Position numbers and translations under genes: made by a program. Of a DNA stretch of 64,000 nt, positions 29,422-39,266 are shown in pieces. Below the pieces are notes generated by a model, which saw only the letters and a list, made by a program, of their open reading frames with translations, did not search any database and was not told the DNA's origin. The stretch comes from Opitutus sp. GAS368 (GTDB lineage: Bacteria; Verrucomicrobiota; Verrucomicrobiia; Opitutales; Opitutaceae). Positions within the stretch are counted from its first letter, which is position 1. Each line of letters begins with the position of its first letter. Location of the stretch: contig CAMAVZ010000002.1 in the NCBI GenBank assembly GCA_945861645.1, positions 44,787 to 108,786 of the forward strand, given 5' to 3'.

Positions 29422-30744
29422 ATGGCCTCTCTCACCTCTCTTTCTGCTACTACCGTCGGTGCCTTCACCGCCGAAGTTTTTGCCGCACATCTGGCACGCG
29501 TTCAACACCTGCCCGCTTGGTGGCTGGACCGTAAACGCGCAGCCTACGCCCGCTTTGCCGCTCTGCCGTTGCCTAAGCGCACGGATGAGGGCTGGCGCTT
29601 CTCTCATTTAAGCGGCCTCTCCCTTGATGGTTATAAATTGGCTGAGCCAATCAATCATCAACAAGTCACTAACCAAGACCTCGGGGCCCCCGGCGCCGGC
29701 ACTCTGCTGCTCGCCAATCACCAACTTGTCTACGCGGAACCGCTCGCCGCAAAATTCGCCGAGCAGGGAGTCATCTTTACCACGCTCCAAGAAGCTTTGC
29801 TCAAACACAGCGATCTCGTGCGGCCGCACCTCCTCGCCCAACCTTCCAAATTAGGGTCCGAAAAATTTGTCGCCCTCCACGAGGCCTTCTTGGAAAACGG
29901 CGCCTTCATCTACGTGCCCCGCAACGTGACAGTCGACCTACCCTTGGGCGTGTTCCACTATGCCTCCGGCACCGGCACGGCACTTTTCCCTCATACCTTG
30001 GTCGTCGCGGAGGAAAATGCGCAGGTCACGATCGCGGACTTCTTTCGCTCCTCGACTGGCGCCGGGGCCCAATTTGCCTGCGGGGGCAATGATCTCTACG
30101 CGGGCCACGGCGCCCAAGTCACTTACCTCGCGATGCAAGATTGGAGCCGCGAAACTTTGTCGTTTCAATTTAACGCCACGGTGGCGCGCCGCGACACTCG
30201 CGTACTTTCAATCAATCTTCACGCCGGGGCGCGCCAAGCCCGTCACGAAAGTTTTTCCCAACTCCAAGCCCCCGGGGCCCATTCCGAGATGCTCGCCCTA
30301 ACGATTGCGCACGGCACGCAGGAATTTGATCAACGCACCCTGCAGATTCATCAAGCGCCCAACACCAGCTCCAACCTGCTGTATAAAAATGCGCTGCTCG
30401 ACCAAGCGAAGACCATCTTTTCCGGCCTCATCGTCGTTGATCCTGACGCCCAAAAAACGGACGCCTACCAGAGCAACCGCAACTTAATGCTCAGTGATGA
30501 AGCGGAAGCTAATTCACTCCCCGGCCTCGAAATTCAGGCGAACGACGTGCGCTGCACGCACGGCGCCACTTCGGCTCGCATCGATGCTGAACAAGAATTT
30601 TACCTCGAGTCCCGTGGCATCAATCCTACCTCGGCGCAGGAACTCTTGGTGTTCGGCTTTTTCGAAGAAGTACTAGGCAAAATAGCAAATCCCCAACTCC
30701 ACGACTCGCTCGCCGAGATCATTCGTGAGAAATTTAAGGCCTAA
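29422..30744 (+). CDS. sufD: Fe-S assembly protein SufD
   Basis: EGWRF, AQKTDAYQ and PGLEIQANDVRCTHGAT motifs. Confidence 0.93.
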   Translation: MASLTSLSATTVGAFTAEVFAAHLARVQHLPAWWLDRKRAAYARFAALPLPKRTDEGWRFSHLSGLSLDGYKLAEPINHQQVTNQDLGAPGAGTLLLANHQLVYAEPLAAKFAEQGVIFTTLQEALLKHSDLVRPHLLAQPSKLGSEKFVALHEAFLENGAFIYVPRNVTVDLPLGVFHYASGTGTALFPHTLVVAEENAQVTIADFFRSSTGAGAQFACGGNDLYAGHGAQVTYLAMQDWSRETLSFQFNATVARRDTRVLSINLHAGARQARHESFSQLQAPGAHSEMLALTIAHGTQEFDQRTLQIHQAPNTSSNLLYKNALLDQAKTIFSGLIVVDPDAQKTDAYQSNRNLMLSDEAEANSLPGLEIQANDVRCTHGATSARIDAEQEFYLESRGINPTSAQELLVFGFFEEVLGKIANPQLHDSLAEIIREKFKA

Positions 30745-30775
30745 GCTTTAGCGCAGTAACAATTTTAATTTCCCC

Positions 30776-31324
30776 ATGACCGATAAACGCGACCGCATCC
30801 TCTCTCGAGAAATCACCGTCACGCAAATCCCCAGCGGCGATAAGCACACGCTGTTTAGCGGTGATACGGTGTTCATTCATCAAGTCCTCGGCGGTAGCTT
30901 TACGGTACAAACCTCAACCGGACTTTTTCGAATCGAGGCTAAAGACGCCGATGCCATTGGCGAAACCGTCGCGGTGCAGACCGTCACCGCCGCTACGCTG
31001 GCCGATGGGGCGCCTGATCCGGCCGCTATCTGGGACCAACTGCGCAAAGTCTTTGATCCAGAGATTCCCGTTAACATCGTCGACCTCGGCCTTGTCTACA
31101 CCATGGATGTGGCCCAAACACCCGAAGGCGGCTTTCAGGTGGACGTTGCCATGACTCTCACCGCCCCGGGTTGCGGAATGGGGCCAGCCATTGCGGAAGA
31201 CGCTAAAGGAAAAATTCTGCTCGTGCCTGGCGTTAGTGCTGCCGACGTCCGCATCACCTGGGAGCCAGCGTGGAATCAATCGATGATTTCAGAAGAAGGG
31301 AAAATGAAGCTCGGGCTGATCTAG
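30776..31324 (+). CDS. sufT: Fe-S assembly protein SufT (DUF59/PaaD-like)
   Basis: DPEIPVNIVDLGL and MTLTAPGCGMG motifs. Confidence 0.9.
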   Translation: MTDKRDRILSREITVTQIPSGDKHTLFSGDTVFIHQVLGGSFTVQTSTGLFRIEAKDADAIGETVAVQTVTAATLADGAPDPAAIWDQLRKVFDPEIPVNIVDLGLVYTMDVAQTPEGGFQVDVAMTLTAPGCGMGPAIAEDAKGKILLVPGVSAADVRITWEPAWNQSMISEEGKMKLGLI

Positions 31325-31441
31325 GGCAGGTAACGCAACCCAGCGGAAGGCCGGATCGGATTTCAGTTGGCAGGCGTTCCTTTTGAACTCAGGCAGGTGC
31401 GGCTCAATCGTTTCGATTAAGAGACGCTTAACTTTCCGTCT

Positions 31442-32107
31442 ATGGATCCTCTTCCGTCCACCACCCCTGATTTCTGGAACTCACGTTATCTGAGTAACCA
31501 GACGCCGTGGGATTTTGGCGGCGTGCCGGCTGATTTAAAGGCCTACCTTAAAACCCACCCACAGGGCGGCCGCGTGCTCATTCCAGGCTGCGGCTCAGGT
31601 TATGAAATCAAAGCCTTTATCGAGGCTGGTTACACCGTCACCGCCCTCGATCTTTCTCCGGTGGCCGTTGCTCGCGCACGGCAGTTGGTCGGCCCGGATT
31701 CTGCACCTAATATCTTCGCCAGTGATTTCTTTCAGCACGACTTTGGGTCCACCCAATTTGATGTCGTCTATGAGCGGACTTTTATCTGCGCCTTATTACC
31801 AGAACAACGGAACGCTTATCGCGACCGCATCGCGGCCTTGTTGAAATATCGCGGCGCCTTGCTCGGTTATTTTTATTATCAGACCCCTGATCTCCAAGCG
31901 GGCCCACCCTTTGGCTTTGCTTGGGGTACGGCCGATGAATTATTTGCCCGCTATTTTCTACTGGTGAAGGACATTCCGGTGGCTGATTCGCTGCCTCTTT
32001 TTGCGGGTCATGAACACTGGCAGGAATGGCACCGCACATCGTTCGGGGCGACCCCCACGAGTAGTTTAAAAGAGCGAGAGCGAGTCCCGCTACATTCGTC
32101 TATTTAG
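31442..32107 (+). CDS. TPMT-like SAM-dependent methyltransferase
   Basis: FW..RY...TPWD, VLIPGCGSG, YERTFICAL and GPPF motifs. Confidence 0.85.
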   Translation: MDPLPSTTPDFWNSRYLSNQTPWDFGGVPADLKAYLKTHPQGGRVLIPGCGSGYEIKAFIEAGYTVTALDLSPVAVARARQLVGPDSAPNIFASDFFQHDFGSTQFDVVYERTFICALLPEQRNAYRDRIAALLKYRGALLGYFYYQTPDLQAGPPFGFAWGTADELFARYFLLVKDIPVADSLPLFAGHEHWQEWHRTSFGATPTSSLKERERVPLHSSI

Positions 32108-33785
32108 GGCGCAGCACGGGCGTGAAAGCCCAGCGACGCGCCGAAAATAAACCTTGGTCACTCATTTTAAGATCAGGAATAACCAAGAGCGCCATGAAGG
32201 ACAATGTCATGAACGGCGCATCAAGTTTGGAGCCGAGGCGCTTCGCCTGCTGATCGAGCTGCATGTAACGCCGAGCCACCGTGCGGCCATCGAGCCCCGA
32301 CATCAGGCCGGCGATCGGCAACGGTAAAACCGCCGACCCGCCACGCCCGACTACGCTGATTCCGCCCCGCGCTTTGAGCACGAGATTGATCGCCGCACAC
32401 AAGGCCACATCGTCTACACCCACGGCGACTATATTGTGCGAATCGTGCGCCACGGAAGAAGCCAAGGCGCCTGCTTTAAGCCCAAAGCCATGAATAAAAC
32501 CGAGAGCGATCGGAGCCTGGGCCGCGTAACGATTGACTACGGCAATTTTGAGGATGTCGCGCTTCAGATCAGTCACCACCGCGCCATTGATGATCGAGGG
32601 AATTTCGCGCCGGTGCCGCGTGATGAGTTGCCCATTAATCGCCTCAATCACCTGCAAAGCGGGACGAGTTGTGGCTTTAACCGGTGACCCAGGCGGCACC
32701 TCGCGTACGGCCGGCAGCACGAAATCGGCTGGTTTTCTCGCCGTCGCTTTAAATTTATTGGGCTGGGGCGAAGGCTGCCTTGGCAAGCGACTGCGCCCCT
32801 CGCTCGCCACTAATTCGCCGCGCAAATAGGTGCGCCGCACCCGAAAGTTCTTCCAGCCCGTGAAAACAATAAAGTCAGCCGCCTCACCCACTCGCAGCAA
32901 CCCCACCTCCAGCCCATAGTGTTCGACCGGATTAACCGAGGCTGCGCGGAGGACATCAAAGCGATCCGCGCCGGACTGCAAAGCCCGCCGCACATGCTCA
33001 CCCAGATGGCGCTGCATCAACAAGTCAGGATGCAGATCGTCACAACAGAACATCACGTGCTCTGGATGGGTCTTCAGCAACGAGATGAGCGCCGACAAAT
33101 TGCGCGCCGCTGAGCCTTCCCGAATTAAAATCTTCATGCCCGCCGCTAATTTATCCAACGCCTCCGGGAGCGTAAAACATTCATGCTCCGTCGTAATTCC
33201 CGCACCCGCATAACTTGCGGCAATTTTACCGCGCAACCCTGGCGCGTGCCCATCGATTTTTTTACCCCGGCGTTGAGCGGCCGCTATCATCGCCATCAGC
33301 GCAGGATCGCGCGCCAGTACCCCGGGGAAATTCATGACCTCACTGAGAAATTTAATTTCTCGCCGCGCTAGTAATCGGGTCACTGCGGTGACGCCCAACC
33401 GCGCTCCGGCGGTCTCAAAAGTTGTCGCGGGCACACACGAGGGCGCGCCAAAATTAAATTTAAACGGCGTCCGCGCCCCATCGCGAATCATGTAATTGAC
33501 CCCGGCCACTCCTAAAACATTAGCAATTTCATGGGGATCAGAAACGGTGGCCACCGTGCCATGGCACACGGCCCAGCGCGCAAATTCTGCCGGCGGCAAG
33601 AGCGAGCTCTCGATATGAATATGCGCATCAACTAATCCGGGCGCGAGGTAATGCGCGTAGCTTTTCCCCGGCTCGGCCTGCAGCCGCACAATGCGCCCGT
33701 CAGCCCACTCCACGGTGCCCGGATAAATGCGCCGCGCGTGCAAATCGACGATATTGCCTGAGAGGCGTTGCCTGCGATTTTTCAC
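32100..33785 (-). CDS. ade: Adenine deaminase
   Basis: DAHIHIESS, DPHEIANV, DGHAP, REGSAARN, DDLHP and SSVAHDSHN motifs. Confidence 0.93.
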   Translation of the reverse strand: MKNRRQRLSGNIVDLHARRIYPGTVEWADGRIVRLQAEPGKSYAHYLAPGLVDAHIHIESSLLPPAEFARWAVCHGTVATVSDPHEIANVLGVAGVNYMIRDGARTPFKFNFGAPSCVPATTFETAGARLGVTAVTRLLARREIKFLSEVMNFPGVLARDPALMAMIAAAQRRGKKIDGHAPGLRGKIAASYAGAGITTEHECFTLPEALDKLAAGMKILIREGSAARNLSALISLLKTHPEHVMFCCDDLHPDLLMQRHLGEHVRRALQSGADRFDVLRAASVNPVEHYGLEVGLLRVGEAADFIVFTGWKNFRVRRTYLRGELVASEGRSRLPRQPSPQPNKFKATARKPADFVLPAVREVPPGSPVKATTRPALQVIEAINGQLITRHRREIPSIINGAVVTDLKRDILKIAVVNRYAAQAPIALGFIHGFGLKAGALASSVAHDSHNIVAVGVDDVALCAAINLVLKARGGISVVGRGGSAVLPLPIAGLMSGLDGRTVARRYMQLDQQAKRLGSKLDAPFMTLSFMALLVIPDLKMSDQGLFSARRWAFTPVLRPK

Positions 33786-33878
33786 CAGAATCAGCCTGTC
33801 CCACCCACTCCCCCGTTGGCAACCTTAGTGCACAAAAACTACTCGCAAAACGGCCACAGCGGTGCACGTTTCGAGTCC

Positions 33879-34523
33879 ATGTCTGCCTATAAGCCTACCC
33901 GCGATTACCAGAACCCCATTGTGCCTCGCTGCGATGACGATGATGAGGACGAGGATGCCGTTAAAACGACGCCCACCCCCGTGGGCGCCATGATCCAAAA
34001 GAAATTCCTGGAACAGCGAAAAATTTTCCTGTGGGGCGCCGTCACTGATGCGACCGCGAAAGATCTCACGGAAAAGCTGCTTTATCTTGAGACTACAGGG
34101 CCGGGTAAGGATATTACTTTTTATATGAACACCCCCGGTGGCTCGATCACCGCGGGGATGGCCGTGTACGACACGATTAAGCTCATCACTTCTCCCGTTA
34201 CCATCGTGGTTACGGGCATGGCCGCTTCCATGGGGTCCATTCTCCTCAGCGCCGCCAAAAAGGGCCGACGCCTGATTTATCCGCACGCGCGCGTGCTGAT
34301 CCACCAACCGCTGATCACCGGCCGGATGGTCGGCCCCGCCTCTGATATTAATATCCAAGCACAGGAAATGGAAAAACTGCGCAACGAGTTGAATCAAATT
34401 CTAGCCACCGCTTCGGGCCAATCATTTGCCAAAGTCGCCAAAGATTCGGACCGCGATTTTTATCTGAATGCCGAAGAGGCCATCGCCTATGGCCTAGCGG
34501 ATAAGATCGTAGATAAAGTGTGA
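33879..34523 (+). CDS. clpP: ATP-dependent Clp protease proteolytic subunit
   Basis: NTPGGS, GMAASMG, IHQP and DRDFY motifs. Start taken at ATG 33879. Confidence 0.94.
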   Translation: MSAYKPTRDYQNPIVPRCDDDDEDEDAVKTTPTPVGAMIQKKFLEQRKIFLWGAVTDATAKDLTEKLLYLETTGPGKDITFYMNTPGGSITAGMAVYDTIKLITSPVTIVVTGMAASMGSILLSAAKKGRRLIYPHARVLIHQPLITGRMVGPASDINIQAQEMEKLRNELNQILATASGQSFAKVAKDSDRDFYLNAEEAIAYGLADKIVDKV

Positions 34524-34547
34524 CCCACCGCTTATCTCCTCGCACTC

Positions 34548-34573
34548 AACCCGCCTTCCGGCGGGCTTTTTTT
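34548..34573 (+). terminator. Rho-independent terminator after clpP
   Basis: CCCGCC-TTCC-GGCGGG followed by C and T7. Confidence 0.8.
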
Positions 34574-34583
34574 GGCTGGTATT

Positions 34584-34955
34584 TTAAGCGCGGCCCAAGC
34601 GAAAACCTGCCCAGACCGCGATCAAGGATAGCCCGACGGAAAGCAGCACGTTCAGCAGCGCCCCAGCCCACTGCCCTTTCTGCATTTGCTCCAAAGTTTG
34701 CCAGCTGAAGGTAGAGAAAGTCGTGTAGCCGCCACAAAATCCCGCGATCAATAAGCTACGCAGGGATGCCGAGGTGGCGGTTTTCCCTGGACCCACGCGG
34801 GCCATTAACCAGCCGATCAACAACGACCCACTAACATTAATCACCAAGGTCGCCCAAGGAAAACGGGTGGTACAAGCCATCCCCACCAAGGCCCGCACCA
34901 CTGAGCCTAAAGCGCCGCCCAGCGCCACCCAACAAAGCGTAACCAGCGTAGTCAT
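34584..34955 (-). CDS. crcB: Fluoride efflux channel FluC/CrcB
   Basis: GGALGSVVR, FPWATLVINV and GFCGGYTTFSTF motifs. Start at ATG 34955. Confidence 0.93.
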   Translation of the reverse strand: MTTLVTLCWVALGGALGSVVRALVGMACTTRFPWATLVINVSGSLLIGWLMARVGPGKTATSASLRSLLIAGFCGGYTTFSTFSWQTLEQMQKGQWAGALLNVLLSVGLSLIAVWAGFRLGRA

Positions 34956-35995
34956 GGCGTAGCTTGAGGGCGAGCGACGGAGCGTTTCAACAATTGGGCC
35001 CGCAAATAAACGTCCGGCCCAGCCTGTTGCCAGGCGGTTAGCCAAATACGGGCGAGCATGTCCCCGCCAACCAGCAAACGGGCCTCGATAAATTTCCTCG
35101 CCTCCGCATTCACCCCCGCCGCATCAATTTTTAACGCCCCTTTTTTCTCTAGAATATAGAGGGGTTCCACTAATTTTTGTTGGGTGACCACGTAAGTCAT
35201 CACCGCGGAAAACAGAGGGTCTCGCCCGTCGACGCTCGCCGCCAGAACGAGCGGGGCGGCTGACTCTACGCGCGGCGCGAGATCGGCAAATTTAATACCA
35301 GCTCGGCCAATAAAACCGCTATCGATCCAGCTATGTAAGCCCGACCACTTCGTGTAACCCTGAGGATTTTCTCCCACCCAACCATTGTGGTGCTTGGTGG
35401 TATGCAGCGGCTGCGCACAGTCCCCGACGAAATGCCCCATAACCCCCATGACATAAATAATGTCGGCCTGGGCATTAGCGATTTCTTCCGCGGTGCCGGC
35501 CTCGCGGAACGCGTTCCAATAAGAAAAGGCTGATTTTAATTTACCGTAATATTCGGCGATCGCCCACGGCGCGAAACCCGGCCATTCACGGGTTCGATCC
35601 GAATTTTTAGTCGGATCAAGTGCCGGAAAATTTACCGGATGCGCCGCGCGGCCCGCGGCGAATTGCAGGGCAAATTCATAGCGCAGGGCCGACACCGTCG
35701 CGGGGGTCAGGCCCGCTTCCGTCAACTCCTCCAGATCGCAATAATGATCGACCCCATTAAAATGTTTAATCGGCAAATCGGCCGTGTTCCGCCAGCGATC
35801 AGGTTCCCCCGAGAGAAAAGCCACTCGCTCAGCATTGGCCGGCTCTCGGACAAACTGCGGAAAATCTAGCGGGAGTGCCGCCAGGGCCAGCTGATTGACG
35901 GTGCGGTGCCCCTCATAATCCCAGGCGCGCGCGGCCACGGTCATCAACAGCGAAATGGATAGAGCGAGCCATGCGTAGCGATCAAATATTTTCAT
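34952..35995 (-). CDS. Exported S1/P1 nuclease / Zn-phospholipase C-like protein
   Basis: Signal peptide followed by WDYEGH, PD.WR, HFVGD..QPLH and LHSWID motifs. Confidence 0.8.
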   Translation of the reverse strand: MKIFDRYAWLALSISLLMTVAARAWDYEGHRTVNQLALAALPLDFPQFVREPANAERVAFLSGEPDRWRNTADLPIKHFNGVDHYCDLEELTEAGLTPATVSALRYEFALQFAAGRAAHPVNFPALDPTKNSDRTREWPGFAPWAIAEYYGKLKSAFSYWNAFREAGTAEEIANAQADIIYVMGVMGHFVGDCAQPLHTTKHHNGWVGENPQGYTKWSGLHSWIDSGFIGRAGIKFADLAPRVESAAPLVLAASVDGRDPLFSAVMTYVVTQQKLVEPLYILEKKGALKIDAAGVNAEARKFIEARLLVGGDMLARIWLTAWQQAGPDVYLRAQLLKRSVARPQATP

Positions 35996-36004
35996 AGGAA
36001 AAGA

Positions 36005-37183
36005 TTAAGATTTAGGGGAATTGGCCTGCGTCCGCAAGGCGGTGAGCGCACTCGCGTAATTATCTAAACCCGCCGCCAAAGCTTCCGCGATTTGCTGCCG
36101 AAAAACCGGAGTCGCCAGTCGCCGCGCCTCAGTCTCATTGGAAAGATAACCGCATTCCACCAGCACGCCGGGGCAATCGAGCATGCGCAAGACGGCGAGC
36201 CGACTCCGTTTATAACCACGGTCAGGGGTTTTCAACGTCGCCCGCAGCGCCCGATGCATTTCCACTCCAAAAAGCAAATTGGCGTAATCAAATCGATTAC
36301 TAGGATACGCCACTTTAGTCATTTCATCGCCGAGCTCGTCGCCCGTAGATCGCATCGACTGCGGCGCCATGACGTAGGTTTCGATGCCAGTAATATTATC
36401 TGGGGCGGAATTAAAGTGAATGCTCAGAAAAACATCCGCCTTTTGCCGATTAGCGTATTCGTTGCGCATCAGCAGGTCGGTTTTTTTATCCTTCGAAAGC
36501 TCCCGATCTTCGGTGCGGGTTAGCAAAACCCGCCACCCGCGGGCCTCGAGTAGCGGCTTCAACCGCAACGCGACCTCGAGGGTTAAAGTTTTTTCATTCA
36601 AACTCAGTCGCTTATTTTCCGCGCCGGGATCAATCCCGCCATGGCCGGGGTCGAGGACAATGAGCTTGGGCGCCGTCTGGGGCAAAAAAGCGAAGTGAGC
36701 GGCCGGCCGCAAAAGGGGCGCCACTATTTTAATCGCATCGAGTAAACTGATCCACAGGCCATCCTTATAATGCAATACCGGCGCGCCTAAAAAGATGCGC
36801 AGATTATCAAAATAGAAATCGTGCTGGTTGCCCTCAAAGGCCAAGCGAACTCCCCGCGCATCACCGAGGGTCATGGCCACTTCCGGCTTGGCCCCCGCCG
36901 CTTTTAGGGAAAACCGTTGCGCCACTTCCCGTAGACTAACGTAGTCGGTGCCGCGTAATGAGGTCACGGCCCACAGCACGGGAGCTGGCGCCGGCCGTGA
37001 GGGGGCAACTTGCGCGGGAGCCGACTCGGTCCTAGCAGCTGGCGCCGCCGGCGCCACCGAGGCGGGCGCAAGTTTAGCGGTGGCCAAGGATTCTTGCGCT
37101 GAGGCGCACCCTACGCTCAAGCCAATCAACCACGGCACTAGCCCGAAAGCGGGGAGCCGCGCCATAAACGCAAAGTGAATCAA
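36005..37183 (-). CDS. N-acetylmuramoyl-L-alanine amidase (Amidase_3)
   Basis: LDPGHGG, EK, SIHFN and VLVECGYLSN motifs. Start may be ATG 37165. Confidence 0.9.
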   Translation of the reverse strand: MIHFAFMARLPAFGLVPWLIGLSVGCASAQESLATAKLAPASVAPAAPAARTESAPAQVAPSRPAPAPVLWAVTSLRGTDYVSLREVAQRFSLKAAGAKPEVAMTLGDARGVRLAFEGNQHDFYFDNLRIFLGAPVLHYKDGLWISLLDAIKIVAPLLRPAAHFAFLPQTAPKLIVLDPGHGGIDPGAENKRLSLNEKTLTLEVALRLKPLLEARGWRVLLTRTEDRELSKDKKTDLLMRNEYANRQKADVFLSIHFNSAPDNITGIETYVMAPQSMRSTGDELGDEMTKVAYPSNRFDYANLLFGVEMHRALRATLKTPDRGYKRSRLAVLRMLDCPGVLVECGYLSNETEARRLATPVFRQQIAEALAAGLDNYASALTALRTQANSPKS

Positions 37184-37827
37184 ACCGCGGGAGCCGCCGC
37201 CGGGGGCGGCGCCGAGGGCGTCTCGCGAACGTGAAATTTAAGCTTCCGCTTATTCGGCGGTAAGGCCGAAAGCATCACGTTAATTTGCTTACCATTCAGC
37301 TTGGGTGGTGAATCCGGTAGACCCATCGTCTCAAGCTCTTTGAGGGCGCGGTTCATGACCTCAAAGCCCATCTCGGTGTGGGCCATCTCGCGGCCGCGAA
37401 ATTTCAGTCGCAATTTCACTTTATTGCCGTGGTCGAGAAATTCTTCGGCATGGCGAACCTTCGTCAAGAAATCCCCTTTTTCAATGCGCAGGGTAAATTC
37501 GATCTCCTTGATCTTGCTGGCGGTCGATTTGACGTGCGACGTTTTCTTCTGCTCCTCGTAAACATACTTACCGAAATCCATGATCCGGCAAACTGGCGGC
37601 GTGGCGGCGGCCGCCACTTCGACTAAATCCAAATTAAACTGCATCGCGAGAGCGATGGCCTTGGGGGTGTCCAAAATTCCGAGCTGGCGACCTTCTGGGC
37701 TAATGACCCGCACTTGCGGCGACTTGATCCGCAAATTGCGGCGAATGGCGGCGAAGGGATCGTTGTTGCGACGATTATCGCGATTATAAGGGATGCGGCC
37801 AGCGGGCGGAGAGGAAGGAAGTGCCAT
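37180..37827 (-). CDS. infC: Translation initiation factor IF-3
   Basis: LDLVEV...PPVCRIMDFGKY, KEI and FRGRE motifs. Confidence 0.96.
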   Translation of the reverse strand: MALPSSPPAGRIPYNRDNRRNNDPFAAIRRNLRIKSPQVRVISPEGRQLGILDTPKAIALAMQFNLDLVEVAAAATPPVCRIMDFGKYVYEEQKKTSHVKSTASKIKEIEFTLRIEKGDFLTKVRHAEEFLDHGNKVKLRLKFRGREMAHTEMGFEVMNRALKELETMGLPDSPPKLNGKQINVMLSALPPNKRKLKFHVRETPSAPPPAAAPAV

Positions 37828-37922
37828 TCAGGATGAGGGGGTTGCGAGGAAGAGAGGTCGAGGGGTGTTTTCGCTTCTCAGCGCGGTGAAGACAACACCT
37901 ATTTAGAGCGAAATCGCCCTCG

Positions 37923-38303
37923 TCAGACGCTAAAGCTTTCCCCGCAGGAACAACTGGCCTTGGCATTGGGATTGGAAAATTTAAAACCTCCGGCGACCAT
38001 TTTAGCGGAATAATCGAGCTGCGTGCCCTTGAGGTACAGCGCAGTTTTAGGGTCAACCACGACCGGCACCCCGGCTGTGCGCACAAGGATATCGCCCTTC
38101 CGCGCGTCCGGGACAAAGCGCATTTTATAGCTTAAACCGTTGCAGCCACCACCCGTGATCGCGATGCGCAGATAATCCCCCTGCACTTCGCGGGCAATGA
38201 GCGCCGCCACCTTGGCGCCCGCCTCGGGCGTGAGGCGCACGAGGTTTTCATTACCTTCGCGCACGCCCTCGGGCGGTAAAATGAGAGGTGGAGCAATGGA
38301 CAC
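37923..38303 (-). CDS. A-type Fe-S carrier (HesB/IscA family)
   Basis: GGGCNGLSY and NPNAKASCSCGESF motifs. Confidence 0.93.
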   Translation of the reverse strand: MSIAPPLILPPEGVREGNENLVRLTPEAGAKVAALIAREVQGDYLRIAITGGGCNGLSYKMRFVPDARKGDILVRTAGVPVVVDPKTALYLKGTQLDYSAKMVAGGFKFSNPNAKASCSCGESFSV

Positions 38304-38312
38304 AGCGTAATC

Positions 38313-39266
38313 CTATGCCCCCGCCCGCGATTTTATCAAGCACTGCGCAACGCTCACCGCATTAGTGAAACTGCGGTCGCTGGCTTGACCCCGACCAGCC
38401 AGGCTAAAAGCGGTGCCGTGATCGGGACTCGTGCGAATAAAGGGTAGGCCCAAGGTCACATTTACCGCTTCATCAAAATCAATCACCTTGAGCGGCGCGA
38501 GGCCCTGATCGTGATAAAGTGCGATAATAACATCAAATTCCCCCCGCAAGGCGCGGGCAAACAGCGTATCCCCAGGTTGACAAAGCGAGAGCCCGGGAAA
38601 TTCCTGCCGCAAGGCGGTCAGCGCAGGATTCAGAAAATCACGCTCCTCCGTCCCCAACCAGCCCCCTTCGCCAGCGTGGGGATTGAGTCCGCAGACTCCA
38701 ATGCGCGGATATTTGCCGGCTGACGAGGCGCCCTGCCCCAAAGAAAAAACCCGCGCCAGCTGATCAGCCGCGGCCACCGTACGCCGTAACAATTTCAGCT
38801 CAAGCAATGGCGCGACCGCGCTGAGCGGCACGTGCCAAGTCGCGAGGACGACCTGCAACCGACCACCACAAAAAGCCATCACGGGCTCCCCCCCCCACCG
38901 CGCGGAGAAAAATTCTGTTTGGCCCGGAAATTCATAACCGATGGCGGCCAAGCGTGCCTTGCTGACGGGCCCAGTCACGACCCCAGAAAATTCTCCGCTG
39001 AGACAACCGGCCGCCGCTCGTTCCATTGCCGCCCACGCGACCAAGGCGCCAGCGCCAGTCGGCTGTCCAGGCGTTGCCGAAAAATCCTCAAGGCCAACTG
39101 CAATTTTTTCAGCCGGAGTATCCAGCGTCGCCAACCAGCCCAGCGGACCGATCACCGCGATGTCTTTCGCGGCCGCCCCCTGCTTGGATAGCCAAGCCGC
39201 AATGATCTCCGGACCCACTCCCGCCGGATCACCGCAAGTAAAAGCAAGTTTACCCCGCGGGCTCAT
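38313..39266 (-). CDS. pdxA: 4-hydroxythreonine-4-phosphate dehydrogenase PdxA
   Basis: GDPAGVGPE, LNPHAGE, YHDQGL and RTSPDHGTA motifs. Start at ATG 39266. Confidence 0.92.
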   Translation of the reverse strand: MSPRGKLAFTCGDPAGVGPEIIAAWLSKQGAAAKDIAVIGPLGWLATLDTPAEKIAVGLEDFSATPGQPTGAGALVAWAAMERAAAGCLSGEFSGVVTGPVSKARLAAIGYEFPGQTEFFSARWGGEPVMAFCGGRLQVVLATWHVPLSAVAPLLELKLLRRTVAAADQLARVFSLGQGASSAGKYPRIGVCGLNPHAGEGGWLGTEERDFLNPALTALRQEFPGLSLCQPGDTLFARALRGEFDVIIALYHDQGLAPLKVIDFDEAVNVTLGLPFIRTSPDHGTAFSLAGRGQASDRSFTNAVSVAQCLIKSRAGA

